Position numbers and translations under genes: made by a program. This document shows, one piece after another, positions 1-8,864 of a stretch of DNA of 20,000 nucleotides. This DNA comes from Actinomycetales bacterium (lineage in GTDB: Bacteria; Actinomycetota; Actinomycetes; Actinomycetales; CAVURS01). The notes below the pieces were generated by a model. It made no database searches and was not told the DNA's origin. It was given only the letters and a program-made list of their open reading frames with translations. The first letter of the stretch is position 1, and each line of letters starts with the position of its first letter. The DNA is taken from contig JBJMHS010000007.1 in the NCBI GenBank assembly GCA_045807245.1, forward strand, positions 54,950 to 74,949. Direction: 5' to 3'.

Positions 1-413
1 CGCGCGCGTACGTGTCATCGTTCGGTTTCAAGGGGCCCGACCAGCAGAAGCCGGCCGGCGTGCTGTCCGGCGGCGAGCGCAACCGGCTCAACCTGGCGCT
101 GACGCTGAAGCTCGGCGGCAACCTGCTGCTCCTGGACGAGCCGACCAACGACCTGGATGTGGAGACCCTCGGCAGCCTGGAGAACGCGCTGCTCGACTTC
201 CCCGGCTGCGCGGTCGTGATCAGCCACGACCGCTGGTTCCTCGACCGCGTCGCGACGCACATCCTCGCCTACGAGGGGGACGAAGAGGACCCGGCCAAGT
301 GGTTCTGGTTCGAGGGCAACTTCGAGTCGTACGAGAAGAACAAGGTCGAGCGGCTCGGCATCGAGGCGGCCCGCCCGCACCGCGTCACCTACCGCAAGCT
401 CACCCGCGACTGA
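1..413 (+). CDS. ettA: Energy-dependent translational throttle ABC-F ATPase, C-terminal part (5' truncated by window)
   Basis: [19 protein letters not shown] signature LSGGERNRL, Walker [24 protein letters not shown] and C-terminal [10 protein letters not shown] are typical of EttA/YjjK. The frame is open from the window edge. Confidence 0.95.
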   Translation, partial: RAYVSSFGFKGPDQQKPAGVLSGGERNRLNLALTLKLGGNLLLLDEPTNDLDVETLGSLENALLDFPGCAVVISHDRWFLDRVATHILAYEGDEEDPAKWFWFEGNFESYEKNKVERLGIEAARPHRVTYRKLTRD

Positions 414-1056
414 CCGGCGTCGGCCCAGGCGGTGAGCCTGCGGTGACCATGCGCAGAGCGAGGTCGGCGTACAACGCACCGATCTGGTCGGGGGAGCGCG
501 GCCCGTCCGGGCGGTACCAGCGTGCGACATCGACGACGAGTGACAACAACGCGAGCGCGGTGCCGGGGACGTCGGGTACGACGAAGCGTCCCTCCCGCAC
601 ACCCGACTCGAGCACGATGCGCACCCGGTGCTGGATCTCGCGGCGCAGGGAGGTGATCTCCTTGCGGTGGCCGGGCGTCAGTGCGGTGAGCTCGTACTGC
701 ACGACGCGTGCGGTACGACGGTGGGTCGCGTGCCAGGCCGCGAAGTCCCGGACCACCGCGGTCAGCTGACCGGCCGGGCGCGATCCTGCGTCGGCGATCG
801 CCGACGTGACGACCCCCAGTGCGGCGCGGTGCCCGACCAGGCTCAGCTCGTAGAGCAACGCCTCCTTGGTCGCGAAGTGGACGTAGACCGCAGCGGGGCT
901 CATCTCGGCCCGCGCTGCGATGTCCCGCGTCGTTGTCGCATGGAAACCTTTGTCCGCGAACGCCTGCGAGGCGGCTTCGAGGAGCCGCTCCGCTGCGGCC
1001 GGTCGCTCGACCCGAGCAGCGGCCGTGCTCATCCGTGCGGCTCCATCCATCCGCAT
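400..1056 (-). CDS. TetR/AcrR family transcriptional regulator
   Basis: [41 protein letters not shown] and C-terminal [13 protein letters not shown] at 1056 overlaps the SDR stop (TGATG); alternative ATG at 1032. Confidence 0.93.
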   Translation of the reverse strand: MRMDGAARMSTAAARVERPAAAERLLEAASQAFADKGFHATTTRDIAARAEMSPAAVYVHFATKEALLYELSLVGHRAALGVVTSAIADAGSRPAGQLTAVVRDFAAWHATHRRTARVVQYELTALTPGHRKEITSLRREIQHRVRIVLESGVREGRFVVPDVPGTALALLSLVVDVARWYRPDGPRSPDQIGALYADLALRMVTAGSPPGPTPVSRG

Positions 1057-1811
1057 CAGTCCTTCGGCCCGCCCGCGACGTAGATCACTTGGCCGCTCAC
1101 GTACGACGCGTCGTCGCTCACCAGGAACGACACGACGCCGGCGATGTCCTCCGGCTGGCCCACCCGGCGTACCGGCACCTGTTCGGCGGTCAGCCGATGG
1201 AACTCGTCGACGGACATCTTGAGCCGCTCCGCCGTTGCCGCCGTCATCTCGGTCGCGATGAACCCCGGGGCGATCGCGTTGGCAGTGACACCGAACGGCC
1301 CGAGCTCGATGGCCAGCGTCTTGGTGAACCCCTGCATTCCCGCCTTCGCCGCGGCGTAGTTCACCTGGCCCCGGTTACCCAAGGCGGAGGTGCTCGACAG
1401 GTTCACGATGCGGCCCCATTTCGCCTCGGTCATGAACCCCTGGACCGCGCGAGTCACGAGGAACGCACCCCGCAGGTGGGTGCGCAGCACGGCGTCCCAG
1501 TCGTCCTCGCTCATCTTGAACAGCAGGTTGTCTCGGGTGATGCCCGCGTTATTGACGAGCACTGTCGGTCCACCGAGGGCGGCTGCGAGTACCTCGACCG
1601 CTGCGCCGACCTGGTCCGCGTCGCCGACGTCCGCACCGACAGCCACGGCGCGACGGCCCTCGGCCTCAACCGCTGAGACCGTTGCGGCACAAGCCGACTC
1701 CTCAAGATCCAGCACTCCGACGTCGTGCCCGTCTCGAGCCAGTCGAGCGGCCGTCGCCGCGCCGATCCCTCGTGCGGCACCGGTCACAAGGGCAACTCTC
1801 GGGGTCGGCAC
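1056..1811 (-). CDS. Short-chain dehydrogenase/reductase, FabG-like 3-oxoacyl reductase
   Basis: TGAARGIG Rossmann motif, NNAGITRD, catalytic YAAAK. Start reassigned to GTG at 1811, just after the HAD stop. Confidence 0.92.
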   Translation of the reverse strand: MPTPRVALVTGAARGIGAATAARLARDGHDVGVLDLEESACAATVSAVEAEGRRAVAVGADVGDADQVGAAVEVLAAALGGPTVLVNNAGITRDNLLFKMSEDDWDAVLRTHLRGAFLVTRAVQGFMTEAKWGRIVNLSSTSALGNRGQVNYAAAKAGMQGFTKTLAIELGPFGVTANAIAPGFIATEMTAATAERLKMSVDEFHRLTAEQVPVRRVGQPEDIAGVVSFLVSDDASYVSGQVIYVAGGPKD

Positions 1812-1812
1812 A

Positions 1813-2487
1813 TCAGCCTCCGGGCTTCTCGTCGGCGACGGTTTCGGCGGGCGGCAGGTACGGCGCGAGCGCGGGTATGCGGTCGGCGAGCGTCGTGAGG
1901 GTCGTGGCCAGGTCGGTGAACAGGACGGCGACCATACCCAGGTCGTCGGCGGCCTGGACGTTGTGCTCGATGTCGTCGACGAACGCACACTCGCTGACCG
2001 GTACGCCGAGGCGCTCAGCGGCCAGGCCGTAGATCGCCGGGTCGGGCTTGCGCAGCCCCACCTCGCCGCTCACGACCTTCACATCCAGCAGCGGGTCGAG
2101 CTCGTCCCACGGGTAGGCGAAGTGCCAGCTGTTCGAGAGCAGCGCCGTCTTGAGCCCGGCCGAACGGGCGGCGCGAAGCATCACGAACGCATCCGGGTCG
2201 ACGTGCATCCCGGCGAACATCCGGTCGTACAGACCTTCGACGGCGATCGTCCCTCCGTCCGTTCGGCGAAGGCGTCCGACCAGGTACGTCGCGAACTCGT
2301 CCGGCGTCACGGTGCCGGTCTCCAGGCCGTGCATCGGGTTGCCCGGGTCGGCCCGCCACTCCTCGAGAAGTGCGCCGAACGAGTCCGGCTCGATGCCGTC
2401 CACCTCGAGCCAGGCGTCGAACGTGTCGCGGATCGGCACTGTCAGCACGCCGCCGTAGTCGACGATGAGGGCGCGGACAGGTGTCAC
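1813..2487 (-). CDS. HAD-superfamily (IA) phosphatase/hydrolase
   Basis: Motif I DYGGVL, motif II LLSN, motif III KPD, motif IV FVDD. GTG start overlaps the tesB stop (GTGA), with AAGGAG upstream. Confidence 0.9.
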   Translation of the reverse strand: MTPVRALIVDYGGVLTVPIRDTFDAWLEVDGIEPDSFGALLEEWRADPGNPMHGLETGTVTPDEFATYLVGRLRRTDGGTIAVEGLYDRMFAGMHVDPDAFVMLRAARSAGLKTALLSNSWHFAYPWDELDPLLDVKVVSGEVGLRKPDPAIYGLAAERLGVPVSECAFVDDIEHNVQAADDLGMVAVLFTDLATTLTTLADRIPALAPYLPPAETVADEKPGG

Positions 2488-3359
2488 GAGGACTCCTTGA
2501 TCCGGATCATTCCCTCCTGGCCGATGGTGGCCGCGTGCACACCTTCGGCCGTGAACATCCGACCGATGCCGAGCCCCCGCCCACCATGGGCCGACGGGCT
2601 TTCGGTCGCGTACAGGATCCAGCCGTCCGCGCGGACCGGGCGGTGGAACCACATCGCATGATCCAGCGACGCCGGCCGTAGCCGCCGGTCAGCCCAGGAG
2701 ACTCCGTGTGCTCGCAGGGCCGACTCGAGGATCGAGTAGTCGGACGCGTACGCCAGCACCGCACTGTGCAGCAGCGGGTCGTCCGGCAGCTCGCCGTACG
2801 TCCGCATCCACACCGCCTGGTGCGCGCGCAGCTCCGGGTCGGGGATGACGTAGATCGGCACCTCGATGTGCCGGATGTCGATCGGGCGGTTCTGCTCCCA
2901 CGCCCGGGCGACGGGGGAGTCGATCCCGGCGAGGTAGTCCCGCATGGGCGTCAGCTCGTGCGGCCCCGGCTCGGACGGCATCGGGTCCTGGTGGTCGAGC
3001 CCGCGGGCGGGCGTCTGGAACGACGCGATCATCGACAGGATCGGCACACCGTGCTGCAACGCATGCGTGCGCCGCGCGGAGAACGAGTTGCCGTCGCGCA
3101 GGCGCTCCACGCTGAACTCGATCGGCTCGTTGCTGTCGCCCGGCCGCAGGAAGTACCCGTGCATCGAGTGCACCGCCCGGTCCTCGGGCACCGACCGACC
3201 GGCGGCGATCAGCGACTGGGCCAGCACCTGCCCGCCGTACACGCGGCCGTGGGGCATCGGCTGGCTGCGACCGGCGAACAGGTAGTGCTCGCCCTCCCGA
3301 CCCGCCGGGTCGAGCGGTGACAGGTCCAGCACGTCCACCAGGTCGGCGAGCGCGTCCAC
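2484..3359 (-). CDS. tesB: Acyl-CoA thioesterase II
   Basis: RVYGGQVLAQ, HSMHGYFLRPG, LAYASD, SLDHAMWFH and QEG motifs. SD AAGGAGG precedes the GTG start. Confidence 0.93.
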   Translation of the reverse strand: MDALADLVDVLDLSPLDPAGREGEHYLFAGRSQPMPHGRVYGGQVLAQSLIAAGRSVPEDRAVHSMHGYFLRPGDSNEPIEFSVERLRDGNSFSARRTHALQHGVPILSMIASFQTPARGLDHQDPMPSEPGPHELTPMRDYLAGIDSPVARAWEQNRPIDIRHIEVPIYVIPDPELRAHQAVWMRTYGELPDDPLLHSAVLAYASDYSILESALRAHGVSWADRRLRPASLDHAMWFHRPVRADGWILYATESPSAHGGRGLGIGRMFTAEGVHAATIGQEGMIRIKESS

Positions 3360-3368
3360 GCATCCTCC

Positions 3369-3413
3369 TTGACAGCCCCGGCCGGAGTACCGAGGCTGGT
3401 AAGCAAGCGCTTA
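3369..3413 (+). promoter_or_regulatory. Putative sigma-A promoter for the acyl-CoA dehydrogenase with an overlapping palindromic operator
   Basis: TTGACA (3369-3374), 17-bp spacer, GAGGCT (3392-3397). Inverted repeat TAAGC-N4-GCTTA (3400-3413) lies over the expected +1. Confidence 0.65.
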
Positions 3414-3455
3414 GTTCACGCGTCACCCTAGTACGCGCCGGACACTGGAGGCTTC

Positions 3456-4601
3456 GTGCAGCGGACCATCTTCGAGCCCGAGCACGAGGCCCTACGGGCC
3501 AGCGCCAAGGAGTTCCTCGCCCGCAGCGTGCTGCCTCGCTGGGACGAGTTCATCGCGGCGCATGCGTTCCCGCGCGACCTGTGGGTCGAGGCCGGCAAGC
3601 AGGGTCTGCTCGGCCTGAACGTCCCGGAGGAGTACGGCGGCGCTGGCCGCGTCGACTGGCGGTTCACCGTCGTCGTGGCTGAGGAGTTCGCTCGCACCTC
3701 GGCCGCCCTGTCGTCGTGCTTCGGGATCCACTCCGACGTCGTCGCCCCGTACCTCGTCGACCTGACCACACCCGAGCAGCGCGAGCGGTGGCTGCCGAGG
3801 TTCTGCACCGGTGAGCTGGTCACCGCGCTCGCGATGACCGAGCCGAGCGGCGGCAGCGACCTGGCCAACCTCAGGACCACGGCCGTCCGCGATGGCGACG
3901 ACTTCATCCTCAACGGATCGAAGACCTTCATCACGAACGGTTTCAGTGCCGACCTGATCGTCGTGGCCGCGTCGACGGATCCGGCGCAGCGCGCTCGCGG
4001 CATCACGCTGTTCGCGGTCGAGGACGGCATGTCCGGCTTCACCCGCGGCCGCAAGCTGGACAAGGTCGGGCAGGACGAGTCGGACACGGCGGAGCTGTTC
4101 TTCAGCGACGTGCGGGTGCCGATGGCGAACGTGGTCGGCGCGGTGGACCGCGGGTTCGTGCACATGATGGAGCGGCTGGTCCAGGAGCGGATCGGCTCGG
4201 CGGTCAACAACATCGCCCACGCACGCGGCGTTCTGGACGAGACGCTGGAGTACGTCAAGGAGCGCACCGCCTTCGGTACGCCGATCGGGTCGTTCCAGTA
4301 CAACAAGTTCCGGCTCGCGGAGCTGGTCACGCAGGCCGACGTCACCCAGGCGTTCGTCGACCAGTGCGTCATGGCCCACGTTCGAGGGGAGCTGAGCGCC
4401 GTAGACGCGGCGAAGGCCAAGTGGTGGACCGCGCAGGTGCAGAACGACATCACCGACGCCTGCGTCCAGCTATACGGGGGCTACGGATACATGAACGAGT
4501 ACCGGATCGGGCGCGCCTGGCGTGACGCCCGCGTGACCAAGATCTGGGCCGGGTCGAACGAGATCATGAAGGAGATCATCGGCCGCGACCTGGGCCTCTA
4601 G
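3456..4601 (+). CDS. Acyl-CoA dehydrogenase (LCAD-like subtype)
   Basis: ALAMTEPSGGSDL, LNGSKTFITNG, VQLYGGYGYMNEY, IWAGSNEIMKEII. Catalytic Glu is in the LVQER position, with Ala at the MCAD Glu site. SD GGAGG. Confidence 0.95.
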   Translation: MQRTIFEPEHEALRASAKEFLARSVLPRWDEFIAAHAFPRDLWVEAGKQGLLGLNVPEEYGGAGRVDWRFTVVVAEEFARTSAALSSCFGIHSDVVAPYLVDLTTPEQRERWLPRFCTGELVTALAMTEPSGGSDLANLRTTAVRDGDDFILNGSKTFITNGFSADLIVVAASTDPAQRARGITLFAVEDGMSGFTRGRKLDKVGQDESDTAELFFSDVRVPMANVVGAVDRGFVHMMERLVQERIGSAVNNIAHARGVLDETLEYVKERTAFGTPIGSFQYNKFRLAELVTQADVTQAFVDQCVMAHVRGELSAVDAAKAKWWTAQVQNDITDACVQLYGGYGYMNEYRIGRAWRDARVTKIWAGSNEIMKEIIGRDLGL

Positions 4602-5230
4602 TACCGCTCGCCCGCCTCGACCGGGGCCTTCAGCACGTTCCCTGGTGGCGCCAGCGGGCACTGCCACTTGTCGTCGTACCGGCAGGAGGGGTGGTAGGCA
4701 AAGTTGAGGTCCACGACGATGCGCCCGTCCGGGCCCCCGAGGTCCGCGCCCCCGAGGTCCGCGCCCTTGGCCGTGTCGAGCAGATAGCGCCCGGCGCCGT
4801 ACGTCGTGCGGCCGGCGGTGCCGTCCTTGAGCGGGACGAACAGCCCCCCGCCGTACTGCTCGAGCCACCAGCAGTCGAGCGTCCCGTCGATCGGCGCGGG
4901 CAGCGACAGACGGCCGATCAACCGCATGCGGATCTCGCCGTCGTTCGCGGAGTTGACCAGTCGCAGCTCGCCGTCGTCGACCGGCTCGATCGTCAGCTCC
5001 CAGCGCAGCGCAGGGTCGTACGGCCACACCGGCACGCCGGTCGTGCGCATCGGGTCGCCCGGGGTCAATGGGCTCTGCGGGTGCGACCGGAGCAGGGTGT
5101 CCCGCCCCGCCTGCCAGACCTGGTGCCCGGTGGCCGGGTCAGCCTCGGCCCGGACCGCGGCATACATCTCGGCGACGCGGCGCCGCCAGTCGAGCAACTC
5201 GACCTTGGGGCCCGGCTCGGAAAGCGTCAT
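4598..5230 (-). CDS. DUF1684 domain protein
   Basis: LFVPLKDGTAGRTTYGAGRYLLD, VDLNFAYHPSC and CPLAPPGN motifs are typical of DUF1684. Confidence 0.85.
   Translation of the reverse strand: MTLSEPGPKVELLDWRRRVAEMYAAVRAEADPATGHQVWQAGRDTLLRSHPQSPLTPGDPMRTTGVPVWPYDPALRWELTIEPVDDGELRLVNSANDGEIRMRLIGRLSLPAPIDGTLDCWWLEQYGGGLFVPLKDGTAGRTTYGAGRYLLDTAKGADLGGADLGGPDGRIVVDLNFAYHPSCRYDDKWQCPLAPPGNVLKAPVEAGERY
4733..4766. repeat. 15-bp in-frame tandem duplication inside the DUF1684 gene
   Basis: GCCCCCGAGGTCCGC at 4733-4747 and 4748-4762, plus a partial GCCC. Encodes GADLG-GADLG. Confidence 0.9.
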
Positions 5231-5260
5231 GCGCGCCGGCCTTTCATGCGCACCGGTATT

Positions 5261-6127
5261 TCATGGGCACAGGCTAGGCGGCCCGGCCGCGATGCGGCGA
5301 TCGAGCTCGCGCCTGCCCTGCGGCGTGGGTTTCAGGTCCCACGCGCCCTCGACCCACCACGTGCCTCCGGCCTCCGCCCACACGGCCGGGTCGCCAGGAT
5401 CCGTGCGGCCCTCGCCGTGTGACCGCCCCTCGACGATGACGTCGTACCCCTCCCACGGCAGTCCCGCCTCCGCCCGGACTTCGCCGGTCCTCGCCACGAG
5501 CTTGGCCAGGCTGTCCGGGGTCGCCGTCTCGCCCGGCCCCGTCTCGCCGATCACGCACGGCAGCAAGCCTTCCCAGCGCGCCGCGCGAACGAGCGATGGT
5601 GTGCGCTCGGCGCCGTCGGGTCCGATCCGGGCGGCACCGACCACCCACACCGGTGGGTGCGGCTGTTGGGCCGGAGGGTCCGGGAGCATGAAGTCGGTGG
5701 GCCGCACGTGGTAGTGCCGTCCGTCGTACTCGAACGGTTGGCCGTGCATCAGCCCGGCGTAGATGGCTAGTCCCTCATCGAGCAGCTGCGCCCGCTTGGC
5801 CCGCCCCTCGTCCGGCTCGAACGCCGTCCAGCCCGGATGGCAGGCCCCGAGACCGACGCAGAGCTGGACGCGTCCTCCGCTCAGCCGGTCGAGCGAGCTC
5901 ACCCGGGAGGCGAGGTCCCACGGCTTCATGCGCGGGAGCGGAGAGAGCAACGTCCCGATCCTGATCCGGTCGGTGACCATGGCCGCAGCGGTCAGGCTCA
6001 CCCAGGCGTCGTCGCCCCAGATCGCCTCCCAGTCGAAGATCGCGTCCCATCCGGCCGCCTCCGCCGCGACCGCCCGGTCTGCGACCGAGCGGGCATCACC
6101 GAACGGGACGACGAATCCGAAGCGCAT
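5261..6127 (-). CDS. LLM-class (luciferase-like) flavin-dependent oxidoreductase
   Basis: AEAAGWD, DAWVSLTAAAMVTDRIRIGT, LDRLSGGR, PPVWVVG. Confidence 0.9.
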   Translation of the reverse strand: MRFGFVVPFGDARSVADRAVAAEAAGWDAIFDWEAIWGDDAWVSLTAAAMVTDRIRIGTLLSPLPRMKPWDLASRVSSLDRLSGGRVQLCVGLGACHPGWTAFEPDEGRAKRAQLLDEGLAIYAGLMHGQPFEYDGRHYHVRPTDFMLPDPPAQQPHPPVWVVGAARIGPDGAERTPSLVRAARWEGLLPCVIGETGPGETATPDSLAKLVARTGEVRAEAGLPWEGYDVIVEGRSHGEGRTDPGDPAVWAEAGGTWWVEGAWDLKPTPQGRRELDRRIAAGPPSLCP

Positions 6128-6184
6128 AGCCGGAGACCTTAGGCGGGAGCACTGACAACGTTCGGCCTAGGACAGGATGGAGCC

Positions 6185-6625
6185 ATGCCGTCGTACCGCG
6201 CCCTCGTGCCCATGCGCTGGTCGGACATGGACATCTACCGGCACATCAACAACGTTCAGATCGTCCGGTTGCTGGAGGACGCGCGGGTGCAGGCGTTCAG
6301 CGCCTGGGACGACCCGGGCTCGGAGCCCGTGCTCGAGCGCGGTGTTCTGGTGGCTCGCACCGAGGTGGAGTACCTGCGCCAGCTCGACTTCCGGCTCGAT
6401 CCGATCGCGATCGACCTTTGGGTCAGTCGGCTCTCCGGAGCGACCATCGAGCTCGGCTACGAGGTGCGCGAGCCGGAAGACGAGAGTGAGCCGTACGCGC
6501 GCGCCGAGAGCACGCTGGTGATGTTCGACCTCGCGGCCAACCGGCCGCGCCGGCTCAGCCCGGCCGAGATCGAGCGGATGCAGAAGTGGACGGGCGAGCC
6601 GGTGAGGATGCGATGGCGACGGTGA
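6185..6625 (+). CDS. Hotdog-fold acyl-CoA thioesterase (4HBT/YbgC-like; Rv2475c-like)
   Basis: MRWSDMDIYRHINN...LLEDAR motif and LVARTEVEYLRQL. Conserved position downstream of ettA. Confidence 0.9.
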   Translation: MPSYRALVPMRWSDMDIYRHINNVQIVRLLEDARVQAFSAWDDPGSEPVLERGVLVARTEVEYLRQLDFRLDPIAIDLWVSRLSGATIELGYEVREPEDESEPYARAESTLVMFDLAANRPRRLSPAEIERMQKWTGEPVRMRWRR

Positions 6626-7272
6626 GGGCAACGTCGTCGCTCACGGTCCCGGACGCCGAGACGTTGCGGGACCTCACGACGTACATCTCGCGCGCGCGCC
6701 GGGTGGATCCGGACGGCGCCTGCCGGATGGTCGCCGGCGGGGGAGTGCTGGCGGTGTACGTGTCGCCGGTGCACGGTGCGCCCGGGCCGACTGTCCTGGG
6801 TCTGCGCGCGGTCGGCCTGGCCGACGGAGCGGCTGAGCTCGACGCGACCGTGCCCCTGGCGGCGCTGGGCGACCGGCTCGCTGCGGCGTCCCAGGACGCG
6901 GTGGAGCTGCCGGTGCCACCGATGCGTACGACGGATGCGACCTGGGCGGGCGTCTCACCGCCGCGGACCGGGTGGGATCTGCGTACGGCGCTCGACCCGG
7001 CCGACCTCGTCAGCGCCTCTCGGGCGGGGATCGAGGAGATCGCGGCGGCCGTGCCGGAGGCAGTCGGTGGGCACGTCGTGGCTCAGGTGCGTGCCGTGGT
7101 CTGGGGCCGCGAGCTGCCGACACTGCATGGTGTCGCCGCCGGGGCGGCTTACGCCGCCGACTCGCTGGGCTTCCTGGACCCCGAGCAACCGGTCGCCGTG
7201 CGGCAAGCCGGACCGTGGTGGCGGCTCAGTACGACGCGCGGTCACGTCCTCGTCCGCACTGCTCTTCTCTAG
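6622..7272 (+). CDS. Conserved actinobacterial hypothetical protein (Rv2474c-like)
   Basis: DLTTYISRARRV, WAGVSPPRTGW, LGFL and WWRLSTTRGHV motifs. GTG overlaps the thioesterase stop (GTGA); alternative ATG at 6613. Confidence 0.8.
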   Translation: MRATSSLTVPDAETLRDLTTYISRARRVDPDGACRMVAGGGVLAVYVSPVHGAPGPTVLGLRAVGLADGAAELDATVPLAALGDRLAAASQDAVELPVPPMRTTDATWAGVSPPRTGWDLRTALDPADLVSASRAGIEEIAAAVPEAVGGHVVAQVRAVVWGRELPTLHGVAAGAAYAADSLGFLDPEQPVAVRQAGPWWRLSTTRGHVLVRTALL

Positions 7273-7347
7273 GCGGGGAACCGGTCGCCGGACCTACTGC
7301 GTACCCGTGGTGTTCGCCAAACACTTCGAGGGAAGCGGTGACGGGCA

Positions 7348-7962
7348 ATGTTCGAGGTCACCGCAATCTTCGCGGTCCTCGGTGGGGCGTTGGGTGCGGC
7401 CGAGTCGGTCCCCTACCTGCGCGACACCTGGCGCCGCTCGACCGTCCCGCACCGCGGCTCCTGGTTGATCTGGGGCGTGATCGAGGTCGTCGCGGTCGAG
7501 TCGCAGCTCGCGGATGGGGCGCGATGGAGCCTGGTGCCGCTCATCGCCCAGGCGGCAGGCACGTGCCTGGTGTTCGCCCTGTCGATGATGCTCGGGAGCG
7601 GCGGGCTCAGCCGAGTCGAGCTCACCCTCATCGCGCTCGCCGGCGTCGGCCTGCTCGGGTGGTTCGTTGCCGACGAGCCGGTCTTCGCCACCGTGTGCGT
7701 GATCGTCGCCGACTTCATCGCGGCGGTCATGATGCTCCCCAAAGCGTGGACCGACCCCCACTCGGAGACCATGTCCACCTTCGCCTTGGCCTCACTTGCC
7801 GGTGTGGCGGCCGTGGGCTCGGTGGGCGAGCGGTCCCTTCCCCTGCTCATCTACCCCGTGTACTTCGCCCTCATCAACGCGGGCCTGACTCTGGTTCTCC
7901 GCCAACGACGCAGTCACCACCTACTATCGTCCGCACGCCCGCTTGCACACCGCCATCACTGA
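7348..7962 (+). CDS. Uncharacterised ~7-TM membrane protein
   Basis: Seven hydrophobic segments, GC3-biased codons, PYLRD...T.P...SWLIW and KAWTDPHSET motifs. Confidence 0.8.
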   Translation: MFEVTAIFAVLGGALGAAESVPYLRDTWRRSTVPHRGSWLIWGVIEVVAVESQLADGARWSLVPLIAQAAGTCLVFALSMMLGSGGLSRVELTLIALAGVGLLGWFVADEPVFATVCVIVADFIAAVMMLPKAWTDPHSETMSTFALASLAGVAAVGSVGERSLPLLIYPVYFALINAGLTLVLRQRRSHHLLSSARPLAHRHH

Positions 7963-7973
7963 GGAGGTTCGCG

Positions 7974-8582
7974 TTGCCGCACACCACGTGCCACATGTCG
8001 ATCTCGTTGGACGGCTTCGTCGCCGGACCGCACCAGAGCCGGGACGAGCCGCTGGGCCAGCGCGGAATGGAGCTGCACGGCTGGCACATCGGCGACCCGC
8101 GGGCCAACGAGGCTGACCAGATCGCCAGCGACTGGCTGATGCGGCCTCGCGGGGCGTATGTGATGGGGCGGAACATGTTCGGCCCGGTCCGTGGTGACTG
8201 GGATGAGGACTGGTCCGGCTGGTGGGGACCCGAACCGCCGTATCACGCGCCGGTTTTCGTGCTGACCCATCACGCCCACGATCCGATCCAGATGGACGGC
8301 GGGACGACGTTTCATTTCGTCACCGAGGGTTTCGACGCGGCCTACTCCGCAGCGCTTGAGGCCGCCGGAGAGGACGGCGTGGACATCGCCGGTGGCGCGT
8401 CGACCGTCCGGCAGGCATTGGTGGCCGGGGTGATCGACGAGCTCACCCTTGACCTCGTGCCCGTCCTGCTTGGTTCGGGGGAGCGCATCTTCGACGGGGT
8501 CGAGTCCTTCGGCTTCGAACCTGCCGAGGTGCTGCACTCACCACTGAGCACCCACATCCGCTATCGCCGCGTCGGCCGGTAG
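7974..8582 (+). CDS. Dihydrofolate-reductase-fold (RibD C-terminal domain) protein
   Basis: MSISLDGFVAGP, VMGRNMF, PVFVLTH, IAGGA, LVPVLLGSGERIF. TTG start at 7974 is 6 nt after SD GAGGAGG (7961-7967). Confidence 0.9.
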   Translation: MPHTTCHMSISLDGFVAGPHQSRDEPLGQRGMELHGWHIGDPRANEADQIASDWLMRPRGAYVMGRNMFGPVRGDWDEDWSGWWGPEPPYHAPVFVLTHHAHDPIQMDGGTTFHFVTEGFDAAYSAALEAAGEDGVDIAGGASTVRQALVAGVIDELTLDLVPVLLGSGERIFDGVESFGFEPAEVLHSPLSTHIRYRRVGR

Positions 8583-8798
8583 GTGAGCTCCTGGGTGCCG
8601 CCGTCTAAGGTGCGGGACTCCAACAGCTCCAGGTCGAAGTCCCCGGCGCCGCAGAAGATCGGCTCGTCACCGTCTGGGCCGCAATCACCGGGAAGAGGGT
8701 GATCCGGACCCGGTCGACGAGCCCCGCGGCCATGAGCGTCGAAGGGGCCTTGCAGCGTGGACGAGACGACGGTGGTCGAACGTGTACGTCGCCGTCAT
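8561..8798 (-). pseudogene. Internally deleted, frameshifted DHFR-fold (RibD-C) pseudogene
   Basis: The minus strand reads, in shifting frames, MTATYTFD // TVVSSTLQGPFD // LMAAGLVDRVRITLFPVIAAQT // DEPIFCGAGDFDLELLESRTLDGGTQELTYRPTRR*. Confidence 0.8.
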
Positions 8799-8840
8799 GG
8801 GTTCCACATTCTCAGGGCGAGTCTGTCAGTGGCCAAATGC

Positions 8841-8856
8841 GTAACATAGTGGTTAC
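8841..8856. promoter_or_regulatory. Putative ArsR autoregulatory operator
   Basis: Inverted repeat GTAAC-ATAGTG-GTTAC, 8 nt upstream of the ArsR GTG start. Confidence 0.7.
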
Positions 8857-8864
8857 ATGTCCGT

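Noticed and set aside
6972..7973. 536-aa ORF suggesting a long N-terminal extension on the DHFR-fold protein
   Set aside because: The extension is an Arg/Gly-rich off-frame reading over two better-supported genes. A strong SD plus TTG at 7974 defines the start.
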